From positions 22,868 through 86,867 of the forward strand of contig DOSJ01000019.1 in NCBI GenBank assembly GCA_003514005.1: a DNA stretch of 64,000 nt, given 5' to 3'. Shown one piece after another: positions 25,347 through 34,535 of this stretch (positions are counted from its first letter, which is position 1; each line of letters opens with the position of its first letter). Under the pieces are notes generated by a model, which was not told the origin of the DNA, ran no database searches, and worked only from the letters and a program-made list of their open reading frames with translations. This DNA is from Candidatus Falkowbacteria bacterium (GTDB taxonomy: Bacteria > Patescibacteriota > Patescibacteriia > Patescibacteriales > UBA12075). Position numbers and translations under genes: made by a program.

Positions 25347-28300
25347 TTATTTATTGCTCTCTGCTTCTGAATTCTCAACATCTTCAACCGCACCAGCCAC
25401 ATACCCTTCTTCATCTTTCGCGCCCAAAAGCTCAACGTCCAGGCACAGGCCTTTTAATTCGCGCACGAGTACGTTGAATGATTCCGGCACGTTCATTTTT
25501 CTGATGGTTTCACCCTTAATAATCGCTTCATATGCTTTACTGCGTCCAGGAACATCGTCGGATTTGATGGTTAAAATTTCCTGCAAAGTATGGGATGCGC
25601 CATATGCTTCAAGCGCCCACACTTCCATTTCTCCGAAACGCTGTCCGCCGAACTGTGCTTTTCCGCCCAAAGGCTGCTGGGTAATCAGCGAATAAGGACC
25701 GATGGACCTCTGATGGATTTTGTCATCCACCATATGGTTCAGCTTTAGCATGTATTTATACCCAACCGTAATCGCGTTATCAAAAACATCACCGGTTTTT
25801 CCATTATACAAGGATACTTTGCCGTTTTCAGGCAATCCGGCTTTGACCAGTTCTTCTTTGATCTGCTCTTCGAATAAACCATCAAGCACAGGCGTCGCAA
25901 CCTTGTAGCCAAGCTTGTGTGCGGCAAAACCCAAATGGGTTTCCAAAAGCTGTCCCAAGTTCATACGGGAAATAATACCCAAAGGCGATAAAATAATATC
26001 AATCGGCGTGCCGTCTTCCATATATGGCATATCTTCTACCGGTACGATTTTGGAAATAACACCTTTGTTGCCATGGCGTCCGGCCATCTTGTCACCGGCT
26101 TGGATTTTTCTTAGATTCGCGACCGTAACTTGGATAGATTGTAAAACACCAGCCGCTAGCTTATCGCCGGCTTCACGTGAAAATATCTTGATATCAACCA
26201 CTTTGCCGTGCTCGCCATGCTCCAAGTACAGCGAAGAATCGCGCACGTCTTTGGCTTTTTCACCAAAGATGGCGCGCAAAAGCTTTTCTTCCGCCGATAA
26301 TTCGGTTTCACCTTTCGGCGTAATTTTTCCAACCAAAATATCACCTGAAGATACTTCCGCGCCGATGCGGATAATGCCTCTTTCATCCAAATCTTTTAAT
26401 TTTTCTTCACCGATATTCGGAATATCGCTCGTAACCACCTCGGAACCGAGCTTGGTATCGCGCACGTCAATTTTATAATCTTCAATATGAATCGAGGAAT
26501 ACACGTCATTCTGCACAACCTTTTCCGAAACGATAATAGCGTCTTCATAGTTAAAGCCTTCCCAGGTCATAAACGCGACCAAGACATTTTTTCCCAAAGC
26601 CAATTCGCCTTTATCAATCGAAGGACCATCGGTCAATACATCGCCGGCTTTGATCTGATCGCCAACATTGACAAGCGGCCGTTGGTTAATGCAGGTCGAA
26701 GCGTTGGAACGCAAAAATTTTGTAAGCTGATGAACCTTGGTTTTGCCTTCCGTGTTCCGTATCTCAATCGTTGCGGCATCAGCCTTGATAACCGTACCGT
26801 CTTCTTCCGCAATGATAATGTGTCCTGAATCGCGCGCGGCTCTGGCCTCTACGCCCGTACCGACAATCGGCGAGTCCGCTTTGATCAAAGGTACGGCTTG
26901 GCGCTGCATGTTCGTACCCATAAGCGAGCGCTGTCCGTCGTTATGCTCTGCAAATGGAATCAAAGACGTCGCAACCGAAAATATCTGATTCGCGGCCACA
27001 CCCATAAAATCAATCATATTCGCCTCGGCAGTCGCGGGTTGTCCGTATTTTCTTACTTCGCATTTATTTTGTAAAAAATAACCGTTTTCATCTATCGGAA
27101 TAGTCGCCGCAGTTGTTATGTATTTTTCTTCTTCAAAAGCGTCAAGATAAACGATTTCATCCGTAACAACCGGTTTTATCGGAATCAAAGTTTCTTTTCC
27201 CAATTTTTCCTGCAAACTTTTCGCGATTTTTTCATTAATCAATTCGCCGGCTTTTACTATAATATTGTCTTTTGTATCTTTTATATCTTCACGCGTAATT
27301 TTTCCAATCGTAATTTCCGGATTATTTTCGATATCATGCAAAACGCGCCGATAAGCAGCTTCCAAAAAGCCGTATTTATTCAATTTGGAATAACTAGCCA
27401 AATGTCCGACCAAACCGATATTCGGACCTTCGGGAGTAGCAATCGGACAGATGCGGCCATAGTGGGTTGTGTGCACATCACGCACGTCAAAACCGGCGCG
27501 TTCGCGAGTCAAACCGCCCGGACCCATAGCTGACAAGCGTCGTTTATGTTCAAGCTCGGCCAAAGGATTGGTCTGGTCCATGAACTGCGACAGCTGTGAT
27601 GACATAAAAAACTCCTTAACCACACTGATAACCGGCCGCGCGTTAATCAATTTATTCGGCGTAATCGCGTTAATATCGGCCGTGCTCATGCGATCTTTGA
27701 TAATTCTTTCCATACGAGCCAAACCGACGCGGAATTTATTCTGTACCAATTCGCCTATCGCGCGAACACGGCGATTGCCCAAGTGATCAATATCATCTTC
27801 TTTGTCTTGAGTTATATTCAATCGGATAACTTCTTTTATAATAGCAATCAAATCATCGATTCTTAATATTCTGGTTTCTTTGTTATTCGGGGTATCAAAT
27901 CCGAATTTTCGATTCAATTTATAGCGTCCGACTCGGTCAAAGTCATAACGGTCAAAACGGAAAAACATCGCGTAAATAAGCTGGCGGGCATTGTCAGTCG
28001 TAGCCAAATCGCCCGGACGGATTCTTTTGTATACTTCTTTCAAGCCTTCCGCTTCGTTTTTTGCCAAATCCTTTCCGATCGTCGCGTCAATATATCCGCC
28101 TTCATCAGAGTCTAATGCTCCCGGCACGTCTTTGAATCTTTCTTTGATATCTTCGTCCGTGGCAATACCAAAAGCGCGCAAAAGCGATGTAATCGCCACT
28201 TTGCGCTTGCGGTCGATGCGTACCCAGATAACTTTGTTAACATCGGTTTCGATTTCAAGCCAAGCGCCGCGGTTTGGAATAATCTTCGCGCCATAATATT

Positions 28301-28772
28301 TTTTTCCTTTGATAAATTCCGAGGTAAAAATAACACCAGCACTACGGATTAGCTGAGAAACAACCACGCGTTCAATTCCGTTAACGATAAAAGTTCCGTT
28401 CTTTGTCATCAAAGGAAAATCACCAAGAAATACTTCCTGCGAGCTGGATTCGCCGGTACGCTTGTTTTCCAAGCGGACTTTAACGCGCAAAGGAGCTTCG
28501 TAGGTGGTGTTCTTCGCACGACTCTCTACTTCGTCAAATTTCGGCTCGTCCAAATAATATTTTTCAAAATACAGGCCAAGATCGCGCCCAATAAAATCCG
28601 TTACTGGTGATATTTCATCAAAAAGATCAGCCAGCCCTTCTTCCAAAAACCAATTATACGAATTTTTCTGAACCTCGATCAAATCGGGCATGGGCATAAA
28701 ATTGTGAAACCCGGTAAAAAATTTTCTTTTTGATATTGTCCCCACTGCAATATCTTTTGATTTATTGGCCAT
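25347..28772 (-). CDS. rpoB: DNA-directed RNA polymerase subunit beta
   Basis: 1141 aa with conserved blocks FMDQTNPLAELEHKRRLSA, GRHGNKGV and FGEMEVWALEAYGA. Confidence 0.97.
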   Translation of the reverse strand: MANKSKDIAVGTISKRKFFTGFHNFMPMPDLIEVQKNSYNWFLEEGLADLFDEISPVTDFIGRDLGLYFEKYYLDEPKFDEVESRAKNTTYEAPLRVKVRLENKRTGESSSQEVFLGDFPLMTKNGTFIVNGIERVVVSQLIRSAGVIFTSEFIKGKKYYGAKIIPNRGAWLEIETDVNKVIWVRIDRKRKVAITSLLRAFGIATDEDIKERFKDVPGALDSDEGGYIDATIGKDLAKNEAEGLKEVYKRIRPGDLATTDNARQLIYAMFFRFDRYDFDRVGRYKLNRKFGFDTPNNKETRILRIDDLIAIIKEVIRLNITQDKEDDIDHLGNRRVRAIGELVQNKFRVGLARMERIIKDRMSTADINAITPNKLINARPVISVVKEFFMSSQLSQFMDQTNPLAELEHKRRLSAMGPGGLTRERAGFDVRDVHTTHYGRICPIATPEGPNIGLVGHLASYSKLNKYGFLEAAYRRVLHDIENNPEITIGKITREDIKDTKDNIIVKAGELINEKIAKSLQEKLGKETLIPIKPVVTDEIVYLDAFEEEKYITTAATIPIDENGYFLQNKCEVRKYGQPATAEANMIDFMGVAANQIFSVATSLIPFAEHNDGQRSLMGTNMQRQAVPLIKADSPIVGTGVEARAARDSGHIIIAEEDGTVIKADAATIEIRNTEGKTKVHQLTKFLRSNASTCINQRPLVNVGDQIKAGDVLTDGPSIDKGELALGKNVLVAFMTWEGFNYEDAIIVSEKVVQNDVYSSIHIEDYKIDVRDTKLGSEVVTSDIPNIGEEKLKDLDERGIIRIGAEVSSGDILVGKITPKGETELSAEEKLLRAIFGEKAKDVRDSSLYLEHGEHGKVVDIKIFSREAGDKLAAGVLQSIQVTVANLRKIQAGDKMAGRHGNKGVISKIVPVEDMPYMEDGTPIDIILSPLGIISRMNLGQLLETHLGFAAHKLGYKVATPVLDGLFEEQIKEELVKAGLPENGKVSLYNGKTGDVFDNAITVGYKYMLKLNHMVDDKIHQRSIGPYSLITQQPLGGKAQFGGQRFGEMEVWALEAYGASHTLQEILTIKSDDVPGRSKAYEAIIKGETIRKMNVPESFNVLVRELKGLCLDVELLGAKDEEGYVAGAVEDVENSEAESNK

Positions 28773-29171
28773 ATAATTTATATTATTTTTATTATTAATA
28801 TTTTGTTATAATATTTGCCCAATTCTTTCCAGTACACAAAAAAACCTCAATCACTTTGAGTTCTATCAGTTTCGTATTAAATTTACTTCAGAAAAATAAT
28901 TCCCACCTAAATTCGTTTATTAATAAACAGCATGGAGATTTTCTATTTTTTTTCTAATATCAGCAAAACAAAAGAACAACACAGATACGCATTTTTCTAT
29001 ACGTTGCTTTCTTATTCACCTTATTATTGCTTATATTATTTACAATAAGAGATATACACAGTAAATATTCGTATTGATATATTAACAAGCTTAAAAATAT
29101 TTGTCAAGTGCAGTTTTTACAATAAAATTTTATATTTTTTTATATTTCCGAAATTCTCACTAACCCGTTCC

Positions 29172-29287
29172 GTAAGGACTTGAATTAGTTATTATCTCAC
29201 TGCGGAACTCGACTTTTTTCTTTATTATTTATTTTGGAAGCGTCTCTAACAGTCCTCGCTTCGATAATAACTAATTCAAGTCCTTAC
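29172..29287. repeat. 24-bp perfect inverted repeat with 68-nt interior
   Basis: gtaaggacttgaattagttattat (29172-29195) is the exact reverse complement of ataataactaattcaagtccttac (29264-29287). Lies in the 570-bp non-coding gap upstream of rpoB. Confidence 0.8.
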
Positions 29288-29342
29288 TACACTACCATTT
29301 TATATTTCTAAAACTAATCCTATTCCCGCACCTATGCCCTAA

Positions 29343-30737
29343 TCACCTTTTTAGCTCATTCAAAAGCCCTCTCACCACCGCCCGATCATCCCAAGGAATT
29401 TTCTCGCCGTTTGCGATACAAATCGCTTGTTCACTACCCTTGCCGGTAATAAGTACAATGTCATTTTCAGTCGCCAATTCCAGCGCCTTTTTAATCGCTT
29501 CGCGTCTGTCCAAAATCTTGAATAAATTTTCGCCGATTTTCTTTCCGGCATGTTCCGCGCCCAAAGCGACTTGATCGATTATTATCTCTGGGTCATCATC
29601 ATAAGGGTCTTCATTGGCAACTATTACATAGTCAGCATTCATTCCAGCTAGCTTGCCCAAAACAGGCCGGCGCGCGACATCGCGTCCGCCGCCGGTCGAA
29701 CCAAGGACATGGATTATTTTTCCATGAGGAATATACTTTAGCGCGCCATATAATTTTTCTACGGCATTCGGTTCAAAGGCATAATCGACAATCACGGCAA
29801 ATGGCTGGCCTTCCTCGATTTTTTCCAACCGGCCGTCAATCCCCTTTATTTTTTCCAAACCGCTTTTGATTATGGTCATATCCAAACCGATTGCCTGCCC
29901 GACGCTAACGGCATTCATGGCATTAACCGCGTTAAACTCTCCGAGCAATCCAAGATTGATAACAGCCCCGTCTACCACAAAGCTGGTACCCTTACCGCTT
30001 GCTTTTATATCGCCAAATATAATTTTTTTCAAATTCTTTATTGCCAACTGTAAATCATTATTTTTCGTATAGGCAATCTTTTTTACAGCGCTAAAGCCCA
30101 AAAAATACTCTGCCTGCTCATCATCGCCGTTCGCGATAATTACTTTTTCGATTTGTTGTAGCTCAATCTTTCTAATGCCGGATTCGGATTTTATAATCCG
30201 CCCGCTGTCATCCATTCGTTTGATTTTACAATTTTTTAGATGCGCGAACAATCTGCCCTTTGCTTCTTTATATTTTTCAAAACTGCCGTGCGAATCAATA
30301 TGCTCCGGATACAACCCGGTAAAAACCAAAATATCAAAATTAATAAAGCGATGACGATATTGCACTATCCCCTCGGACGTTGTTTCAATAACGGTATAAC
30401 GACAGCCGTTTTTCACCATATGCCGGAGCATCTTCTGCGTAAAAAAACGGCCGACCATTGTCATCTTTTTATCATTCAACCATTCTTTCTTGCCATCATT
30501 AAAAGCCGCGGTCGAAGTAAACCCGGTCTTAAGTCCCGCCTCTTCCAACATTTTTGCAATCAAATATACGCTCGTTGTTTTGCCAGTCGTTCCAGTCACG
30601 CCGATAACGATTATATCTTCGCTCGGATGCCGATACACAAAAGCCGAAAACCAGCTCATAAAGAAATGGTATGGAGGTTGGAGCGTTTTAAAAAGTTTTT
30701 TTGGGATTAGTTTTTTTATTTTGAAAATTATACTCAT
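29343..30737 (-). CDS. murE: Mur ligase, MurE-like (UDP-MurNAc-L-Ala-D-Glu:diamino-acid ligase)
   Basis: GVTGTTGKTT P-loop, VDYAFEPNA and GSTGGGRDVARRP...ADYVIVANEDP resemble MurE. ATG 30737 preferred, because the track start 30785 is the CAT of a MITE end. Confidence 0.7.
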   Translation of the reverse strand: MSIIFKIKKLIPKKLFKTLQPPYHFFMSWFSAFVYRHPSEDIIVIGVTGTTGKTTSVYLIAKMLEEAGLKTGFTSTAAFNDGKKEWLNDKKMTMVGRFFTQKMLRHMVKNGCRYTVIETTSEGIVQYRHRFINFDILVFTGLYPEHIDSHGSFEKYKEAKGRLFAHLKNCKIKRMDDSGRIIKSESGIRKIELQQIEKVIIANGDDEQAEYFLGFSAVKKIAYTKNNDLQLAIKNLKKIIFGDIKASGKGTSFVVDGAVINLGLLGEFNAVNAMNAVSVGQAIGLDMTIIKSGLEKIKGIDGRLEKIEEGQPFAVIVDYAFEPNAVEKLYGALKYIPHGKIIHVLGSTGGGRDVARRPVLGKLAGMNADYVIVANEDPYDDDPEIIIDQVALGAEHAGKKIGENLFKILDRREAIKKALELATENDIVLITGKGSEQAICIANGEKIPWDDRAVVRGLLNELKR

Positions 30738-30778
30738 AATTAAATTACAAATTTGAAATTTAAAAAGTATTTTTAACT

Positions 30779-30913
30779 TTGTCATTCCCGCGAAGGCGGG
30801 AATCTTGGTTAAAAAATAACAATATATTTTTCCGTTATGTAGTTTTAAAACATTTTATATTAATCTTATTTATCTATTTTAGCACCGAGATTCCCGCCTT
30901 CGCGGGAATGACA
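30779..30913. mobile_element. MITE-like element, GTCATTCCCGCG hairpin-end family (copy B)
   Basis: ttgtcattcccgcgaaggcgggaatc (30779-30804) and gattcccgccttcgcgggaatgaca (30889-30913). Interior aligns with copy A. Confidence 0.7.
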
Positions 30914-30938
30914 GAAAAAAAGTTGTCTCAATTTGTAA

Positions 30939-31976
30939 TCACTTTATCTTCCTTCTCACCCACCTAAGCCAATTATACATCTTATACAAAACCGAATCAA
31001 ACACCGCATCAAAAGTCCCCGGATAGTCAACTTCTTCTCCGCCATAACCTTTTTTAAACCGCGTAACTCCCGGCCATTTACTCTCGTCAATGCCAAAAAA
31101 ATCATAATATCGACAACCACGCGCCTTTGCTTCGCGAATACTCTGCCACTGCAAAGCATAAGTCGCCATCAAATTCCGATATTCATTTGAAGAAGCGCCA
31201 TGCACATAGGTCACGGTATCGCCAAAAAACGCAACAATATTTCCGGCAATAATTTTGTTTTGATATTTTGCAATAAATAATTTAATAGACAAACCTGATA
31301 TTGAATATTGATTATTGGAAATTGAATTATTATTGGATATTGAATGATTATTGAGTATTGAATATTGAACATTAAAAAGCATTTTCCAATAATACTCCTT
31401 ACCATGCAAGCGAAACCCATCACGCTCATTCGTTTCCCGCATAATCTCCCAAAACTCTTCAAAATCCTCTTTCTTAGCCTCACTAATTTCTATCCCCTTC
31501 TTTTCTGTCAAACGAATATTATAACGAGTCTTCGGATGCATCTGTTTCAATATTTCATCTTCTGATTTTGAAATATCAAGTATCAATGTCTTTTTCGGCT
31601 GCAAAGAAATTGTTTCTATAATTTTATACTTCTTACTTCTAACTTCTAACTTCACAACCGGTTCAAAACGCAAAAATATACATTTTTCTTTTTTCGCAAT
31701 TTTTTTTATCTCCAAAAACAAATCGGAAATCGCAAATCGCAAATCGCAAATCCCCACCCTTGGCGCATAAAAATACCCCAACCCCAAAAACAATCTTTTT
31801 CTAATCAAAGTAACCACGCCAACCAACTCTCCGTTTTCCTCAATCCCAAACCGAAAAACCTTATTCCCAGCCGCTTCCTGAAATTCTCCCCACTCGAAAG
31901 ACTGCAAAAATTGGCTTTGTTTTTGTTTAGTTAAATAATTATTTAATTGTTCTTTAGTTATATCTATTAATCTCAT
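30939..31976 (-). CDS. FemAB-family peptidoglycan interpeptide-bridge aminoacyltransferase
   Basis: 345 aa with FLQSFEWGEFQ, HGASSNEYRNLMATYALQW and RYYDFFGI, typical of the FemAB/FemX family. Three word-repeat insertions. Confidence 0.75.
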   Translation of the reverse strand: MRLIDITKEQLNNYLTKQKQSQFLQSFEWGEFQEAAGNKVFRFGIEENGELVGVVTLIRKRLFLGLGYFYAPRVGICDLRFAISDLFLEIKKIAKKEKCIFLRFEPVVKLEVRSKKYKIIETISLQPKKTLILDISKSEDEILKQMHPKTRYNIRLTEKKGIEISEAKKEDFEEFWEIMRETNERDGFRLHGKEYYWKMLFNVQYSILNNHSISNNNSISNNQYSISGLSIKLFIAKYQNKIIAGNIVAFFGDTVTYVHGASSNEYRNLMATYALQWQSIREAKARGCRYYDFFGIDESKWPGVTRFKKGYGGEEVDYPGTFDAVFDSVLYKMYNWLRWVRRKIK

Positions 31977-31977
31977 C

Positions 31978-32006
31978 TTGACTTAATTTTAATATTTTTA
32001 TATAAT
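31978..32006 (+). promoter_or_regulatory. near-consensus sigma70 promoter (plus strand, antisense to neighbours)
   Basis: TTGACT (31978-31983), exactly 17 nt, TATAAT (32001-32006). Confidence 0.6.
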
Positions 32007-32013
32007 ATTAACA

Positions 32014-32413
32014 TATATTGGGTAAGAGCGTATCTTGCCAGTGGTGATGCATTATAACCGTCAAACCGGAATTCTGCTTAGCCAACGCCTGTGCAGATTC
32101 CAAAAAGGAGAAACGCCTATGTTTGCACTAACCATTAATTGTACGGGGATGTTCGCTTGCTGAATTATTGACGTAACCAAAAAAAACGCGAACGCAAAAA
32201 GTTAACCGCTTATATTAAAAGGAGACATCGCCTATGTATACGTCAAAAGATAACACCATGTAATGCAGAGGGCTTAGGCACAGGAAAGCCGCTTACACGC
32301 GAATGTCTTTCGCCTAAAGACGCTTTATTCGCGTGTAAGCGCAACCCCACTTTGTTCTTTTTCAAAAAAGTTTTCAAGTATCAACTGGTATTCAAACACC
32401 AGTTTTTATTTTA
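32014..32413 (+). ncRNA. candidate ~400-nt orphan RNA with two SD-led micro-ORFs
   Basis: Bounded by the promoter above and terminator 32383-32413. Micro-ORFs at 32119-32163 (MFALTINCTGMFAC) and 32234-32263 (MYTSKDNTM), each behind AAAAGGAGA-N7-ATG. Hairpin of 15+6 bp at 32290-32341. Visibly more GC-rich than other spacers. Confidence 0.4.
32383..32413 (+). terminator. rho-independent terminator (plus strand)
   Basis: Stem aactggt / accagtt with an 8-nt loop, followed by tttttatttta. The minus-strand reading has no U-run. Confidence 0.7.
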
Positions 32414-32463
32414 TTCTTAATTCTAACTTCTTACTTCTTCCTTCTAACTTCTAACTTCTCACT

Positions 32464-33048
32464 TCATCTCCCAATCAACCGCAACGCCGCTCGAATTCTC
32501 TCACCCGAACCCTTAATACTCGGATCAACCTGCCGCAAAACATCACGCGCTTCAAACATGGAATAACCCAGGGCCATCAAAGCGTCAATCTCTTCCCCCG
32601 AAGTAATCATCCCTTTACCATCTGTCGCTTGCAGTACGCCATGTGAAATATGCGCAATCTTGTCACGCAAATCTAAAACCACACGCTCGGCAGTCTTCTT
32701 ACCGATCCCTGAAACTTTTATCAAAAGCGAAGAATCACCACGCGATATCGAATCCTTGATATCATCGACACTCGCGATGCCAATAACAGCAAGCGCCGAT
32801 TTCGGCCCAATACCGCTAATCGTCAAAAGTAATTCAAACATCTCTAATTGTTCTAATGATTTAAAACCGTACAGGGTGTGGGCATCCTCACGAATATGCT
32901 GATGAATATACAGCTCTATTTCCTGTCCGATTTCAAGGTCAACAAAAATAGTTTCACTGACAAAAACCAGGTAACCAATGTCACGCACGTTCAAAATAAT
33001 ATAATTCTTTTGTTTGTTTTGAATTTTTCCTCGTAAATACGCTATCAT
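32464..33048 (-). CDS. ruvA: Holliday junction DNA helicase subunit RuvA
   Basis: 194 aa with MIAYLRGK.., HhH motifs (ISGIGPKSALAV, VSGIGKKTAERV) and a C-terminal domain III. Confidence 0.9.
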   Translation of the reverse strand: MIAYLRGKIQNKQKNYIILNVRDIGYLVFVSETIFVDLEIGQEIELYIHQHIREDAHTLYGFKSLEQLEMFELLLTISGIGPKSALAVIGIASVDDIKDSISRGDSSLLIKVSGIGKKTAERVVLDLRDKIAHISHGVLQATDGKGMITSGEEIDALMALGYSMFEARDVLRQVDPSIKGSGERIRAALRLIGR

Positions 33049-33122
33049 AAATTTCTAAATCCTAAATTATAATTTCTAAATTAATGCATTTATTAGACAT
33101 TAGAAATTATAATTTAGAAATT
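33049..33122. repeat. hairpin, TTAGAAA word family
   Basis: Right arm 33093-33122 is the reverse complement of a 30-mer (aatttctaaattataatttctaatgtctaa) found identically at 39613-39642. The right arm supplies the last 5 codons and stop of the U32 ORF. Confidence 0.8.
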
Positions 33123-34399
33123 TTTCTTCTTATCACACTAAACTCCACCACCATCTCATCCAACTCCAACCACACCAAAGCCCCCTGCCCACCATGCGCC
33201 TCTGCAATTTCCGCCCCGGTTTTAGCGTCCCAAAGCCTTTCCACCTTCAGCTTAATTATATCATACTTCGGCTTCACAATCTCAATCTCATCGCCAACTC
33301 TAATTGAATTATGAACTTTAATTAAAACCTTCTCACTTCTTGCTTTGAACTTCTTACTTCTAACTTCTAACTTCTTACTTACCACAACTCCGCAAAACTC
33401 CCACTCACTTTTCTCATGCGAATTATCCAAATTCTGATCCGCCTTATCTCCCAACAAAAACCCGGTCGTATAACCACGATGCACAAGTTTTGTTTCCAGC
33501 TCTTTTTGTAAATATTCCATTTCAACGATCTGATTTTTTTTATTTTTAATACCAAGCAATTCTATCGCCCGTGAATAAATACCCGCAACTACCGCCTGAT
33601 AATAAACGCTCTTTGCTCGTCCCTCGATCTTAAAACTTGAAATCCCAGCTTCTTGAAGTTCCTTTAAATATTTCACCAAACACAAATCCTTCGAATTCAA
33701 AATATACGACCCATGTTCTTCTTCAACAATTTCAAACTCATCACCTTTCTCATTTCTTACTTCTAACTTCTCACTTCTCACATCCCCCTTCCATCTACAA
33801 GGCTGCACGCAATCCCCCAAATTCGCGCTCCTATCCGCATAATATTTTGACAAAAAACAACGCCCTGAATAAGCCATGCACATCGCGCCATGCACGAAAT
33901 ATTCTAATTCCAAATCAGGACATTTTTTATGAATCATTTTGATTTCCGGCAAAGTCGTTTCACGACCCAGAATAATTCTTTTCACTCCTTGCGCTTGCCA
34001 AAATTTTGCCGCCTGCCAATTTGTGCAATTAGCCTGCGTGGAAAGATGAATTTCAACTTCTGGCCAAATTTCTTTTACAATCTCAATCACGCCAGGGTCA
34101 GAAATAATCAAAGCATCGACTTTTATTTTTTTTAATTTTTTAATATATACTGGCAATTTTTCCAAATGTCGATTATGCGCAAAAATATTTACGGTGATAT
34201 AAATCTTCTTACCGATTTTATGGCAATATTCAGTAGCCTCCTTAATTTTCTCCAAATCAAAATCATTAATCCTCACCCGTAAAGAAAAATCCGGAATCCC
34301 GGCATAAACCGCATCCGCCCCAAAAACAAGAGCCGTCTTCATCTTCTCCATATTCCCAGCCGGAGCAAGCAATTCAATTTTACTAAATTTTTTATCCAT
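33107..34399 (-). CDS. peptidase U32 family protein
   Basis: 430 aa with ELLAPAGN, YFVHGAMCMAYSGRCFLS, CVQPCRW and FKIEGR, typical of U32. Confidence 0.85.
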   Translation of the reverse strand: MDKKFSKIELLAPAGNMEKMKTALVFGADAVYAGIPDFSLRVRINDFDLEKIKEATEYCHKIGKKIYITVNIFAHNRHLEKLPVYIKKLKKIKVDALIISDPGVIEIVKEIWPEVEIHLSTQANCTNWQAAKFWQAQGVKRIILGRETTLPEIKMIHKKCPDLELEYFVHGAMCMAYSGRCFLSKYYADRSANLGDCVQPCRWKGDVRSEKLEVRNEKGDEFEIVEEEHGSYILNSKDLCLVKYLKELQEAGISSFKIEGRAKSVYYQAVVAGIYSRAIELLGIKNKKNQIVEMEYLQKELETKLVHRGYTTGFLLGDKADQNLDNSHEKSEWEFCGVVVSKKLEVRSKKFKARSEKVLIKVHNSIRVGDEIEIVKPKYDIIKLKVERLWDAKTGAEIAEAHGGQGALVWLELDEMVVEFSVIRRKISKL

Positions 34400-34535
34400 A
34401 TATTATTACCCTAAATATAACCCTAAACAAAGAAAAAATCAACCAAAAAACCGACTCAAAAAAAGTCGATTTTTTTAAAATTAATAATAATATAAATCCT
34501 ATTCCCTAAGTACCTAATTACCTAATCCCTAACCC

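Noticed and set aside
21362-28342. Many plus- and minus-strand track ORFs of 60-280 aa lying inside rpoC and rpoB (for example 21742-22596 and 25915-26478).
   Set aside because: They are antisense or out of frame to unmistakable RNA polymerase genes, have low-complexity composition, and lack motifs or start signals. Similar shadow ORFs inside leuS, dnaK, secD, porG (13485-13976), the kinase and others were rejected for the same reason.
30779-30967. Track ORFs 30779-30967 (MSFPRRRESW..) and 12472-12708 (..EIPAFAGMTKD..).
   Set aside because: They are translations of the GTCATTCCCGCG..GCGGGAATC hairpin ends and AT-rich MITE interiors, not genes.
32014-32413. The GC-richer non-coding region as RNase P RNA, tmRNA, SRP RNA or a known riboswitch.
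   Set aside because: It lacks GAGGAAAGTCC and ACAGAA..GGCTTA in the proper order (RNase P). It has no tRNA-like ends or tag ORF (tmRNA). It has no GGAAGCAGCC-type helix 8 (SRP). No downstream gene is available for a riboswitch to control. It is kept only as an unclassified candidate RNA.
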